A DNA stretch of 63,983 bases, filler included, from Octopus bimaculoides (lineage: Eukaryota), in NCBI RefSeq assembly GCF_001194135.2. It is 3 parts of 3 records of this genome, joined end to end, with 100 filler letters (N's around TTAATTAATTAA, not from the genome) between each part and the next. Parts side by side here need not be neighbours in the genome. Positions count along the whole stretch, not along the records: positions 27,142 to 50,163 come from NC_068981.1; positions 50,264 to 63,983 come from NC_069008.1; 1 more part is not named here. One strand, 5' to 3'. This document shows positions 39,419 to 53,265 of this stretch, piece after piece. Both the position numbers and the translations under genes were made by a program. The notes under the pieces are model-generated. The model did not search any database. It saw only the letters and a program-made list of their open reading frames with translations, and was not told the DNA's origin. How positions within the stretch are numbered: position 1 is the first letter of the stretch; each line of letters begins with the position of its first letter.

Positions 39419-40232
39419 CGGGGTCTGATCAATGAGCATCCAAACTGTTGCCATAGTAACGGAGTCAAAGCACGCAGAGTTAAGCTGCTTAGTTACAGAT
39501 TGACCTTGAACTTAGCTGTGCGTGCGCACTAGGTTTTAACGTTCGAGCTCACTTCCGCTGTTGTCATGGCGATATCTCCTCAGTGGCTCATGCAAAGTTG
39601 TAGAAAGTGTATGGAGAGTAGTGTATGAGCCCCACACAAGTGTACGAGTGGTTCAGACATTTCCAAGATGGCCGAAAATATGTCGATATTGACGAACGTT
39701 CTAGGAGATTCGCAACCAGCAGAACTGAGAAAAAACATCCCAGATTTTCGTGCAGCTGTGAGGGGAAATCATCGAATCGACATCCGTGAGTTATCAGAAG
39801 ATGTGCAGATTAGTTACAGTTCAGTTAATTATCACTGAAGATTTTGGTATTAGAAGTGTGTCTGCCAAAACTGCTTTAAGCTGACCAAAAAGACACTCGG
39901 GTTTCAGTTGCATAAGATCTCCTTGATTTTGTCGAGAACGACGAGAACTTTTTGAAAACTTTTCGTAGGCCTCTGAGCCAGTATCCCCAAGCTTTTTGCA
40001 AAATTTGATGCAGATTCTCTGCTCAACTTTCTCTGTCATGGTCAATGCGACTATCAAACGCTACACATCTTCCTTCCAAACACTGCTGTAAACAGTGGAA
40101 ATGAGCTAGAATGTTAAAATTTATGTGCATACACAGCAGAGTTTTAGGTCAATCTGTGCCAAGCAGCTTTACTCTGCGTGCTTTAGCTTCGTTACTATAG
40201 TGACAGTTCGGGTACTTATTGATCATACCGCG
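39419..40232. mobile_element. Non-autonomous mariner with long inverted ends and TA TSDs
   Basis: TA at 39417-39418 and 40233-40234, with ~140-bp imperfect inverted termini. HTH-region remnants occur on both strands (MTEKVEQRICIKFCKKLG on minus; QVYEWFRHFQDGR...RELSEDVQISYSSV on plus). Confidence 0.88.
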
Positions 40233-40236
40233 TATA

Positions 40237-40480
40237 ATGTCCCGAGAATCGAAATTTTTTGTCTTCCCATTTGGTGCAGCGATGTAAAGATTTTTCTTAC
40301 TTACTACTCTTAAACCTCCAACGTAAAGCTAACCATAATTGAAACCGGACTCTTCATGGTGTAGACCGGCAACCGAAAATGTTTGCCCTTGCAATTTGTT
40401 GATGGTCGTAACAAAACTAAGACTCACAGGAAATCGAGGTCGTTTGAATTGAAATCGTTTATCGCTTCCTGAGTGCGTGA
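40237..40480 (-). pseudogene. Second Helitron helicase C-terminal remnant
   Basis: FPVSLSFVTTINKLQGQTFSVAGLHHEESGFNYG*LYVGGLRVVSKKNLYIAAPNGKTKN matches TINKSQGQ...HGQLYVA.SRV. Confidence 0.82.
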
Positions 40481-40665
40481 GACAGATGCTCCTGTGCGCT
40501 TATCATTTAATCAATGCATCCTATGCTCAGATGTCTCCTGAAATCGTGCGAAGAAGGGTTGTATTCGCATATCATCAAGACTATTCCTTCTCTATTTGGG
40601 TGTTTCCTGAGCTTGACGCTGATACTTTGCGAGGGTCTTTCGCCCAAATGAAATTCCTACACATG

Positions 40666-40729
<64 letters not shown>

Positions 40730-41125
40730 TGTAGAAACATTACACTCAACGTGAGAGATATACATATACAGAGAAAGAGTGAGAGAGAATGCGGTAAATA
40801 TATAGAGGGGTAGATTACATTGAGAAAAGCGTATGCATCGTCGGGGCATACCGCAAAAATGGCGAAATATCGATGTCCATGACTTCTGAATGTGATACGG
40901 GGCGAGTTATTTGGCCTGTCTATGACTTTCAGGTGTTTTAACACCCTGTACTTTGAAAGAGTCATCCCCCAACGCGCCATATTGCAGCCTACCGGCGAAC
41001 AAGCTGCACACTTGCATTGAGTATGTGAGGTCGATTGTATACACACGCACACACACACACACACACATATACATATGTATGAATACACACACACGCACAC
41101 ACATTTATATACATACATATATATA

Positions 41126-41210
<85 letters not shown>

Positions 41211-43145
41211 GTGTGTGCGTGTGTACTGAGGTACTGCTTTTCCATGTTTAGACTGAATGTGCGTAGTGTTTACTCACCCAAGGGGTGAATAAATATACGA
41301 GTAGATGTGTGTATGTATAAATGTATGCAATATAAGTATGTATATTATATATATATATGCGTATGAGAGTGTTTTGTTTGTGTGTGTGTGTTTGTGTGTG
41401 TGTGTGCGTGTTTGCGTGTGTGTGCGTGCATACGCGTTGCGTCTTAACAATGTTCATGTGCATGAAGTTATCACCACTCCTACCCCTGTTCCCCTCCTTA
41501 TACTCTCACACTCTTGCATCAGCTTTTGAGCTCAAGACCATCTCTACCACACCCATACACCCTCACACAATAAACACCTCTTCACAAACTAACCCCGCAA
41601 CTAAAAGCCTATGAAGCTTACTTTCTCACAGGTAATAGCATGTTGTGCACTCAAATTACTCTTTCGTACAAATATGTGTATGTATGTATATATATATATA
41701 TATACATATATATACCTATATATATATATAATGAGAGCAAGGGAGAGATAAATAGACATACGCAGACATACACTCACACGCACACATATACACACATACA
41801 TTACGTGCATGGTATACATATGTATGTATGTATGTATGTATGTATCCATGTATCTATGAATGTATATATGTGTGTAAGTTTAGCTTTGAAATGTTACTTT
41901 TACATAATATTCATGAACAGCTTCTCATTATCCTTCTCCTTTACTTATAAATTGTTGAATATAGTTAAAACGCTAATCAATACTAAATAATGTAAAATGT
42001 TATATAATTAAAATTACTTTTATATTTGATAGTTTTCAGATTTAGATTATATATAAGTGCATGCACTTCAGGTTAAAACACTGATTTCTTCCACGCAACC
42101 TCTTTCTATGTTCGGTATACATTTATATCTAGATGCTAGGTGATCTATTCTTGCACTATAATGTCGGTACACGATCTTTGATGCATTTCTTGGTAGGCAT
42201 TAATATACTCGTCATGGAATATTTACAAAAGAATACAAGGCTGCCTTCCATCGGGTATTTTACAACATACCATCTTTTCGGCTAAAGCTTAGTCTGAGTG
42301 CGTGAAACAGAGAAAGGAGAGAAAAAATCGACTCCACTATTTGGCTGCTACGAAGGTCGTCTTAGAAACATTGTGGGCCTCTGGGCCAATCAGTGCACTG
42401 AGTACATTACTTATTTATTGACAGCAAACCACAACATATATACATACATAGATCAGAATTGGGTTCCAAGACACATGAAACCCTCGGTCAATTGCACAAT
42501 GTGTCCATACCTTAGGATGATACTAGCTGGTATTTTATTTATTGACCCGATAGTATGAAAGACAATGTTGACCTTGGCGAGATTTGAGAGCTCAGACAGC
42601 CGAAATAAATATTACAAAGCAGTCGATTCGTCGTCCTCACAACCTTGTCAATTAGTCATCTTGTATACTAGGATAATGAGTTTGGTGAATAGTTAACTCA
42701 ATCTGTCATGAGTTTATTTTAAATGTCTTTGGTGGGATACAAAGCGCTGATTTTTTTTTCTCTTTGTAAGCCGATAGCATAGCAAGTATGCGAGCTGGAA
42801 GATGATGCAATATGTATATAGTCTGACATATCTATACACGCCTCAGGAAATGGTTGGTTAAATTTAAAGGTGTTACTTGCTATTTATATTTATTGATTAG
42901 TTATGCCAACCATGTGAATAACTCATAAGTATGAATACACATGGCCAATAGAATTGCTTATTTCAACCACACCTTCTATTTACGTTTCCTTTGAAATTTT
43001 TGTATAAACGCGCCATGACTGGCAATTTTTCTTTCCCTGGCCGCCAGTAAAGTAAGCGTGTGTGTATGAGTGCGTGTGTACCTGTATGTAGTAGTGTATC
43101 TATGCGCTTGTGCTTGTCTGTGTGCGCATGTAGTTGAGTGCGTGC

Positions 43146-43221
<76 letters not shown>

Positions 43222-43809
43222 AAATATAGAAATGCAGACAGATTGAAAATACAAAGAAAGGTCCTTGGTATGGAAGCACATTAATTACAAAACATTAAAA
43301 CATCGTTGCAGATGGATTCTTTGATTGTAGATGTATGAAGACATATATTACATGCATCGTGAATAGATTTTATATAAATGACTTCAGTAGATGCAGAAGG
43401 TTCTCAAAGTTGATGCTTAACTTTGACTTCATAATTATGGCGAAGATGAATCTCGTGGTGGATTGTGTGCAAAGATGCACCTGTAACTATTTTTGAGGAC
43501 TTGGAGGAATGAGACATTCATAGTTAGGTATACTCTCTGAATAGACAGCGATAAACATCAGGCGAATCTATAAGCAATCTCTACTGTCGTTTAAATCGTA
43601 GCATCTCATGTTCCAAATGTTAACTCTGACGAAAGGTTTCACACGTATCTCAGATGCAGTGGTTCTGACCATTTTATAGCACTTCGTTCTCTTTCTCAAT
43701 ATTTTACAAAAAAAAAAAAATGAAAGTAGATTATTTAAATCAACAAGGAATTAATTTTCCTCACTGTTTTATTATTTGTATTTTCTTATACTGTCCCCAA
43801 CAGCATATC

Positions 43810-44228
43810 TCTTTTACTCTTTTACTCTTTTACTTGTTTCAGTCATTTGACTGCGGCCATGCTGGAGCACTGCCTTTAGTCGAGCAAATCGACCCCAGAA
43901 CTTATTCTTTTTGGAAGCCTAGTACTTATTCTATCGGTCTCTTTTGCCGAACCGCTAAGTTACGGGGACATAAACACACTACCATCGGTTGTCAAGCGAT
44001 GTTGGGAGGACAAACACAGACACACAAACACACACACACATATCTATATATATACATATATACGACAGGCTTCTTTCAGTTTCCGTCTACCAAATCCACT
44101 CACAAGGCTTTGGTCGGCCCGGGGCTATAGTAGAAGACACTTGCCCAAGGTGCCACGCAGTGGGACTGAACCCGGAACCATGTGGTTGGTAAGCTAGCTA
44201 CCTACCACACAGCCACTCCTGCGCCTTA
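43810..44228 (-). mobile_element. SINE family A, full length
   Basis: Complete head-core-microsatellite-tail with (AAAGAGTA)n end. Confidence 0.92.
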
Positions 44229-45769
44229 TATTTTTAGATATTTGCGTGGTTAGTTCCTCCTATGGTAAATGTACATGAACATTATTAAAGGTCAAAATTT
44301 ATATTATCAAATTTTATTTGAACTTGACTTATCAATATTCGCGCTTATGTTCATTGATAAAATAATATCCGGCTCATATTTTAAAGATGTTTTTAAAATG
44401 TGTTTCAAATATAATTATTACACATGGTTTCATTTTTTTTCTCTAAAAGTAAAAAAAAACATCACCCTTCTAAATATGCTGTGCCTACATAGCACAATAC
44501 TTCACATTTGCTTTTCCTTTATCGGCACACAAAGACTTCAAGGCAGAACTCCACTAACCAAACACGTCATATTTAAAGGCGAGACTGTACTTCTGTGACA
44601 ATACAAGATTAAATAACTAATAAGCTCTTTCATAGTTTAATGCTCTTGGTTTATATCTTACCTAAGTTGACTTAAAACTCTCGATTCTCTAAAGACAATA
44701 GAATAAACATATGTACGGATTTCTTTCGGTTTGTAACGATGCCAAATTTTGAGAGGATATATAGAGTCTGATGAATCGATTCTAGCATGTTACAAACGAG
44801 TGTGTAGTCGGGTACCTGGAGACTCGTCAAACTGTCAGTAGTTTGCACCTTGTCGTTGATACACCTTTGTGTCCATGGTTAAAAGAATTGACTTCAATTA
44901 AATGTTTCTGGAGAAGGAAACCATTTGCAATAAATTAGCGTTCTATACACAAAGAAAATTAGCTTTCGTCGCAGAAATCAGGTAACAGCTGGACCTAATC
45001 AATCCATCGGATTGTAAAAAGACATTGGAACCAACATTTCCGACTTTCATGGAATTTAAACAATAATAATTACTAAAATGTAGTCAGTCCAATGATTGAC
45101 TACTTCAGTCACTTATAACCACTTATAATATATAATCTAGTTCCTAAGTAGCTTCCATGATATGTATTAACACAAGTATTTTGCAGTGAAGAGGCAAAGA
45201 CAAATACTTTTATGATGTAACGAAGTTTCAGCAAAATATTTCAACACATTATCTTCATGTGGTATTTGAATGTATTGAATACATTGAATATGACTGAAAA
45301 TGGATGTAGCTACTCATAAGAAAATGTAAACGTATCGAATTAAATGTTTTATACAATTTAGTTTTGCCTGTCTACACATCAGGTTCAAATTCCATGCGAG
45401 TTCACTTGCCCTTGTGCTTAGTAAAATGATACCAGTAATATACTAGATCATTCATTTCCTTACACAGTATAACTTTCTACCTTTGTAAGAAGTCAATATT
45501 TCTTGAAATCAAAGAACGTTAATCAAAATAAAAATTACTGCTAATCAATGTTATTTAGAAGTTTTAAAAGCCGCATGCAAAACCGTTGTTTACCTTCAGG
45601 TCAATACTGACCGAGCAAACCTATGATCAAAGCTGTGACGTTCCTTTCTGTATACCATGGACTACATTGTACACTGAGTCTAATGTGTACAATGTGTCCA
45701 GACATTTGTACGATCTGAAGGGAGGTTTAACTACTGTCTAACAGGTCAATTGACTGCATAAAAGCTATC

Positions 45770-45813
<44 letters not shown>

Positions 45814-46584
45814 AAGGTGACTAAGTTGACTGCTCTATTTTCATGGACTTGACCATTTACCAAAGGCCGTTTTTGAAAACGTAGCTGTTTTTGCTTTTTC
45901 TTTAATAAAAAGAAAGCTACGCGAACAAACTCGTACTGAAGAGTAGCATACGCATAAAAGCTGTCAATAATTTGTAATTTGTAAGGCGGCCAGCTGACAG
46001 AATCGTGTTGAGCAAAATGCTTATCGTTTTGCATGTCGGTCAAAATGCTTAGCGGAGTTTGTTGTCCGTCTTCACATTCGAAACTACTTTCTTTTGGTAA
46101 CCTAAATAGAAACTCATGATTCTTGTCTCTAGTAGTTTTATTGTTTTAAAGATTTATATTGTTGCTGTCGTTTAGTTTCAAGCCTAATCCAATTGTCAAA
46201 CCGATGGGCAAATGCTTGCCAGATATGGCTATCCATTTTATTTATTTATTTTTCTTCAAGTATAGTATATCTGGGGTTGCATTATTAAATCAAATGTATC
46301 CTTCCATTTAAAGGGGGGGGGAAACCCGTCAAATGTGTTTTGAAAGGATTTTTAGCTGATATTTCTTGTAGTTGGAACAACTGCGTAGAGTTCTTTCGTT
46401 GGCAGAAAGTATCTATGTCTAAATTCTGCTGTAACAATTTTTAAAATGTCCCCCGTTACCACTGAAAAACTTAACTGAAGCAAAATGTCCTAGTGATCCA
46501 GTTACTCATTGAGAAGAAACAGCCTGAATATTTTAGTTACAGCCGTTAATTTGGTTTATTTTTTTTTTATTTTTAATATCCGTC

Positions 46585-46605
46585 TTCTTCTTATTATTAT
46601 TATTA

Positions 46606-46664
<59 letters not shown>

Positions 46665-46686
46665 GTTATCGTTATTATTATTATTA

Positions 46687-46766
<80 letters not shown>

Positions 46767-46810
46767 ATTATTATCATTATTATTATCATCATCATCATTA
46801 TTATTTATTT
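46585..46810. repeat. Compound trinucleotide microsatellite (TTA)n-(TTG)n-(TTA/TCA)n
   Basis: Seen directly. Confidence 0.98.
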
Positions 46811-46910
46811 ATTTATTTGCATTCATCATTAACTTTCCAGAACTTAAACTCTTTTAATGAATACTTGATTTCATCATCTTTCGAGGTATGTCACAGCACA
46901 ATGTACTTAC

Positions 46911-47006
46911 TATGACCTGTAATTTACACTTAAAAGAAGAACTCGTTTCTGATTCCTCCCTTACTTCTATAGAACTTGCATTCTCCTGTAGTTTTGACTC
47001 AATTAC
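46911..47006 (-). CDS. Candidate 96-nt internal exon (phase 0-0), product unknown
   Basis: tttatttatttttagtgacag acceptor, open frame VIESKLQENASSIEVREESETSSSFKCKLQVI, ATA|gtaagt donor. No homology recognised. Confidence 0.3.
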
Positions 47007-47480
47007 CTGTCACTAAAAATAAATAAAGATATTCAATGCCCTCGATATGGGACGGGAAAAAAACTAAAAATACTTAAAACTTTCCATTCCCATTGCTAAG
47101 ACTGAAATAATGTAAATATTGAGTTACAGCAGTTACTTTCACCGCCAACTACTTATACACACACATTGGCACTAAAACTCTGAATATACGTATTCGTACA
47201 TATGAGCTCTTGTGATGTGTGTGCTTAAATGCTATATGTAAGGCCATTTTTCTCAAATTCTTTTCTATCCCTTCTTTATCGTGTATATGATACATAATCG
47301 CTTTTAATTTACTTTGGCTGCTAAACATTAAGGATTCACAAAAAATGTTTCCTGATTCGAGGTCACGAATATAAAATAAAACACCTCACTCCATTCACAT
47401 ACACAGCACTTTCACACATACGCGCTCCCTCATGCACACACACATCAGATTTACACATATGCGCTCTCTTATGCATGCAT

Positions 47481-47524
<44 letters not shown>

Positions 47525-48419
47525 ACATATGCACACACACGCATACACTCACAAACACATACGCACACAAACACACGCATACACACACGCGCACACGCGC
47601 TCACACACGCACACTCACACACACACAAAACATAATACAGACAACACTGATATTGAGACTTGCTTTAAAGTAACTAGACATTATTTCTACGTTAGTAGGT
47701 CAAAGTGGAGTCGAGGAGTGCTTCATTCATTCATAGTAGAATGACGTAAAGGTGGGTGTGCCTTTAAGTAACATTTCTAATGGCTCTTTCAGATCAAAAT
47801 GTGTGACAGACTTACGTCTGTTATTTCCCAATTTCGTAGTTACTAGATAAGAGGACGTGCTTTACTACATGATCCAACTCTTACGTAGGGTGTAATTGGT
47901 GTTTTTCGCGCTTGTTGTTCGTCATTGAGTTTACATTAACACGCGCGCGCGCTCACACACACAAACGCAGACACACGCGCGCGTGCACACATACACACAC
48001 ACATGCCAATTATTGTTTTATTGATAAAATAGTATGATTTCTCAACTCCAAGCTGATCGATCATAGAAAATATTTGGTCATTCTTTATCTGTTTTGATTT
48101 AGAAAAACCTTTTACAGCTTACCACTAACAGAAATTGTGAGAAAAATACCCACAGTATTACAGTGGTTGGAGCCGAATTCCCAAGATTATATGTTTGAAC
48201 AAACTTGTAAACAAATTCTCCGTTTCGCCTTGCATAGCAGTAACAACAATAAAAACGAAGTATTTCTCTCTCAATGAAGATCTCATCATGAATTGTGATC
48301 ATGGGGATATATATATATATTTTTTTTTAAGTCCAAAGGATTCGGTTGTGTAAGGAAGATTTATTCCTCAGCAACTTGATGAAACAGTTGAAATATTAAA
48401 GTTATTATTGGATCACTCT

Positions 48420-49300
48420 GTCCAGCAAAGAGAGCATTTATTTTCAGTACTCATGTTCCTTCACAAATCATTTGTTTCTTCTCCCTCCATACGCTCAAAT
48501 GCCGTTAGATCATCGCAGTTTCCTTTGGCATATGTTATTATTTGATAGCTTTTCACTGTTTTCAACTAGAACTTCTCTTAGAACATTCCTAGTCTTATGT
48601 CACATTGTTGTATTTTCAATCCTTTTGGCTTGTAGATGTGCTTGTGTCATCAATTTCTAGAAGGGCGGGTCGCCATAGGCCCAGAAAGCATAGTCAAGTA
48701 GGCAATGGCATTGCACTTGGTTGTGTTTTCTTCCTCACAAATTAACTGTTCTAAAGCACTTAAAATGTTTGTGAAACATTCTTGTATTTTGTTTTGCTTT
48801 CTTTTCTTTTCTTTTTACAGCTCTCTCACCATTTCCCTTTTCACTCTGCCATGTTTCTAGTACACGCTTAACACTTTAACCAATGGCTGAAATCAGAACA
48901 ACCCAAAGACAGGTGCATGCAAAAACAAACGTTAACAAACGCTCCACAATTCCAAAAATGGCAAGTAGGAAGAGAAAATGCAATTTCTGTTGCTGTATGT
49001 ACCGCCTCTATGTTCTGTGTACAAGCAATAAATTCTGAACACTATGTCGACCAGCCATTACAGCAACATTAGCATAATTTTATTCCTCTAATATTTTGAA
49101 TATCCATTTTGTAATCTTCTAATCTTTCCAAAATCATACTTGTAATATTCTCAGTGGTTTAACCATTTGTTTCAATGAAATCAATAAATAATTCTTTAAT
49201 CTTCACTTTATTATTGTCAATCATAACATACTATAAAATTTGGCACGTTTAATCCTTATAAGAAACATCAAGGGCGTTGTCGAATATCATTAAAAAGTAC
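48420..49300 (-). pseudogene. hAT transposase remnant (ZMYM1-like group)
   Basis: IFDNALDVSYKD*TCQIL*YV...IKELFIDFIETNG*TTENITSMILERLE...RG..YANVAVMAGRH, VKRVLETW and ILSALEQL follow the hAT order D.TPD.SH.DQ..LRYV / RGQ.YDNAA.MAG / R.LE.W. Many stops and frameshifts. Confidence 0.8.
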
Positions 49301-50163
49301 TTGGTTTGTTTTATTCGCTGTTTTGCTCCTTACTTTTTCTCCGAAAAATTCTAATAAACGAGTTGCGAATAGTAGAAGTCTTTAGAATTAATTCATTTGC
49401 TGGAAAAATATGATCTAACGCTACATGCGCATGTTCAATAAAATCAAACTGCGAAAATGTTTACTTTTTCCTAAATAAGTAGTTTACTTTGAGACAACAT
49501 TTGTATGGCCATTCAAGCAGTTAGAAATAGCCGCCAAATTTCTCTCGAATCAAAATCTGCTATCATAAAATATGAAAAGACACATTAGAAATGCTAGCAC
49601 CTTGCTAAATTAATGTACAAAATAATACCTTCTGTCCAAACACCACATGAAATAGAAAGGGGAACCAACGAGAGAAAGTCTTTGTAAAGATGATCAAGCT
49701 GCTAAAAGCAGCAGCCACATTTGCCTCAAATTTCAACTTATTATCTTAAAACAGAAAAGGACAAATTGTAAAATATAATCTAGATATACAAAAACGCAAA
49801 TAGATAGATAGATAGATATGTTTCTTTATTAGCTACACAGGGCTCAACATAGAGGGGACAAAATACAAATGTAGAGTTTTTCTTTTCGATGGGGACGAAA
49901 ATAAAGTAAAAAATTAAAATGGGGATAACGATGAAAAGGCATCGAGAAAACGTTTGGGGTATGTACAAAAAAAAAATGAAAATATTACAAAAATTTCCCA
50001 ATAAATGGGGAGGTTATCCGTAGAAAGAAAAACCTACGGAAAAGACCACGGTAACCTCGGTCCTTAGTGTCACAATTTGTTAAATAAAATTTCTTTTATT
50101 TATGCAAGAAACGTAAGTAACTCTCTGTTTACAAAATTTTAAACGTTTTATAGAATCATGGTC

Positions 50164-50263
50164 NNNNNNNNNNNNNNNNNNNNNNNNNNNNNNNNNNNNN
50201 NNNNNNNTTAATTAATTAANNNNNNNNNNNNNNNNNNNNNNNNNNNNNNNNNNNNNNNNNNNN
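50164..50263. other. Artificial scaffold/contig linker (44 N + TTAATTAATTAA + 44 N)
   Basis: Identical architecture to 27042-27141. Confidence 0.92.
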
Positions 50264-50305
50264 GGAGAAGGAGGAGGAGGAGGAGGAGGAGGAGGAGAAG
50301 AAGAA

Positions 50306-50340
<35 letters not shown>

Positions 50341-50395
50341 AGAAAAAAGAAGAACAACAAGAAGAACAAGAAGAACAAGAAGAAAAAAGAAGAAA

Positions 50396-50428
<33 letters not shown>

Positions 50429-50430
50429 AA
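50264..50430. repeat. (GGA)n-(GAA)n-(GAT)n microsatellite
   Basis: Seen directly. Confidence 0.95.
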
Positions 50431-50628
50431 AAAAAGGAAGATGATAAAATAATACATATGTGTACATGCGTGTGTGTATACACATATATTTATACACATA
50501 TATTTATATACATAAAACTACGCACTTATGCAAGTGCGTTTTTGTATGTAGCTTTCGAATGATGTAAAGCGCACTGTGACCAGTGACGTATGACAACATC
50601 TGATAGTTTGGTCATTCACTTAATCACA

Positions 50629-50670
<42 letters not shown>

Positions 50671-50889
50671 NNNNNNNNNNATATATACATATATACATAT
50701 ATATATAGATATATATATATATATATATATTAAATGATTGATACAGATACAGAAGACAGAGTATAGCTAGAAGGTTTATTAGCACAACAACCATTTCGGT
50801 TTCATTCTGCACTACTCCCTTGTGGACGTGGGATGATGTATTGACATCAGATGCAACGCGCAGTGCAAAACAGCCTTATCAGGTGACAT

Positions 50890-51256
50890 GTTGGCACTCC
50901 GTCGCTTACGACGTCGAGGGTTCCAGTTGATCCGATCAATGGAACAGCCTGCTCGTGAAATTAACGTGCAAGTGGCTGAGCACTCCACAGACACGTGTAC
51001 CCTTAACGTAGTTCTTGGGGAGATTCAGCATGACACAGAAAGTGACAAGGCTGACCCTTTGAATAACAGGTACAACAGAAACAGGAAGCAAGAGTGAGAG
51101 AGTACAGCAGGGTTCTCCACCATCCCCTGTCGGAGCCTCGTGGAGCTTTAGGTGTTTTTGCTCAATAAACACTCACAACGCCCGGTCTGGGAATTGAAAC
51201 CGTGATCCTATGACCGCGAGTCTGCTGCCCTAACCACTGGGCCATTGCGCCTCCAC
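50890..51256 (-). mobile_element. tRNA-derived SINE, family D, full length with 12-bp TSD
   Basis: Head GGAGGCGCAATGGCCCAGTGGTTAGGGCAGCAGACTCGCGGTC...GGTTTCAATTCCC. Perfect TSD ATCAGGTGACAT at 50878-50889 and 51257-51268. Confidence 0.92.
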
Positions 51257-51377
51257 ATCAGGTGACATAACTTCCTTCAAATGTTACCAAATTTACATTT
51301 CATTTTCACTCCAGGTAATATGATGGTGATGTGGTCCTCGCAGTTCAGACATATGACAGAAAGAGGGTGGTTAATTT

Positions 51378-51445
51378 GCTGGTGTAAAGGTAATACACTT
51401 GTTCACGTCAACAAAGAGATGTGGGTTCGAGTCCCATGCAGATAG
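51378..51445 (+). other. tRNA-like Pol III promoter remnant (pseudo-tRNA or old SINE head)
   Basis: TGGTGTAAAGGT (A-box-like) and GGTTCGAGTCCC (B box) with tRNA spacing. A cloverleaf could not be folded convincingly. Confidence 0.4.
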
Positions 51446-52544
51446 GAAAGCCTTCTTTTTCCTGTTGAGGGCTTATATGCCCTGTTATTAGACTATTTTA
51501 ACTTAGTCATTGCATGGTGATCGCCATAAGTGTTAAGAGTGAAAGAGTAAGGAATGTATGGTGCTGACTAGAAAGAAAGAAAGGATAAAGGTAGCATCGT
51601 CTTTCTTGCGGCCGAAAGCTTCTTTTCGTATGTTGAGTGAAGGGCAAAGGGAAGAGCTGCACTTGGTCTTGGCTGACACAAAAGAGGGAGAGATAGGAAA
51701 TACTCTCTATTATATAGACTATGATCAGTAACGTAGGTCAAACCCTAAATAAAGGACTGACCTTTCTTTGACCAGCACAGGTCCTTGGGGCTGGGGGTCA
51801 AGTGTTTCCTGGTCAATCATCTTATGTGAAGATGCAAACAAAAGATTTTCCCGCTTGTTTGGCAAGCAACAAACGGGTGGATTTGGTTTCAAATCTCAGG
51901 CAGGGCCAAGTGAGGTCCCTATAGCACCATATAGAGGTCTCTGTCATTGGTACATGCATGCATATGACAAGAAGGTGTGATCTGAGGGCGATTGGGTTCT
52001 CTTTTCTGACAGATGTAGCTTTAATATAATTAGCAGGTTTAGCCTACCATGTTTTAATTTTAATTATCATTCCTGCGGATGTATCAACCTAAAACCAAGA
52101 TCGTCCATTTCCTAAAGCATTATTCTGCTGGATCAGGGCGAATCAAGAGTTAAAAAGAAACAACATGACAACGAACAATAATATAATAGACTACACCATT
52201 GTTAAAAACGTACAGGATTGTCACGACTGGAGCGTCGTTGATTAAAGATCTACTGATCGGGTTTTAAAGAACAGCAGCAACACAAAAACACGAAATATTT
52301 GACGTAAATAAAATTTTAAAATGTGATGTCATCTAAAGGGAAATAATCAATTCATCGACATGAGTTATCATACACATTTACTTCCCTTGAACTTTAAATA
52401 TTTTCTATTCCACCACTTCGGAGAAGGATATTTTCATGGCTGAAGAACCCTAAATATAAACACACCCTACAAACATATTAGAGCTTTTAATCTATATCCA
52501 GGCTCATGATACGCTCTCGCACACATGTGTGTGTGTATATGTGT

Positions 52545-52774
52545 GTTTCATCTTTCACTTGTTTCAGAGATTAGACTGTGGCCATGCTTGGGCACCACCT
52601 TGAAAAGTTTTTAGTCAAAGAAATCGAGCCCAGTAATTATTTTATTGCAAGCCAGACACTTATTCTATCGGCCCCGTTTTGTCGAACCGCTAGTTGGCAG
52701 GGTCTTAAACAAACAATCTAATGGCTATCAAGCACTGATGGGGTACAAACACAAAGATACCCACGCACGCAGAA

Positions 52775-52818
<44 letters not shown>

Positions 52819-53233
52819 CTGTTTAACTTGTTTCAGTCATTTGACTGTGGCCATGCTGGAGCACCGCCCTTTAGTCGAGCAAATAGACCCCAGGACTTAT
52901 TCTTTGTAAGCCNNNNNNNNNNNNNNNNNNNNNNNNNNNNNNNNNNNNNNNNNNNNNNNNNNNNNNNNNNNNNNNNNNNNNNNNNNNNNNNNNNNNNNNN
53001 NNNNNNNNNNNNNNNNNNNNNNNNNNNNNNNNNNNNNNNNNNNNNNNNNNNNNNNNNNNNNNNNNNNNNNNNNNNNNNNNNNNNNNNNNNNNNNNNNNNN
53101 NNNNNNNNNNNNNNNNNNNNNNNNNNNNNNNNNNNNNNNNNNNNNNNNNNNNNNNNNNNNNNNNNNNNNNNNNNNNNNNNNNNNNNNNNNNNNNNNNNNN
53201 NNNNNNNNNNNNNNNNNNNNNNNNNNNNNNNNN

Positions 53234-53265
<32 letters not shown>

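Noticed and set aside
47815-47870. Minus-strand ...SSNYEIGK resembling a kinase subdomain I start, near a gtaagt donor
   Set aside because: In-frame stops immediately before and after, and it lies downstream of the subdomain IX exon.
48883-49038. Plus-strand ORF MAEIRTTQRQ... after a strong polypyrimidine/AG
   Set aside because: It is the antisense of the A-rich hAT remnant.
51378-51445. Functional tRNA gene
   Set aside because: A and B boxes are present, but the acceptor and anticodon stems do not pair.
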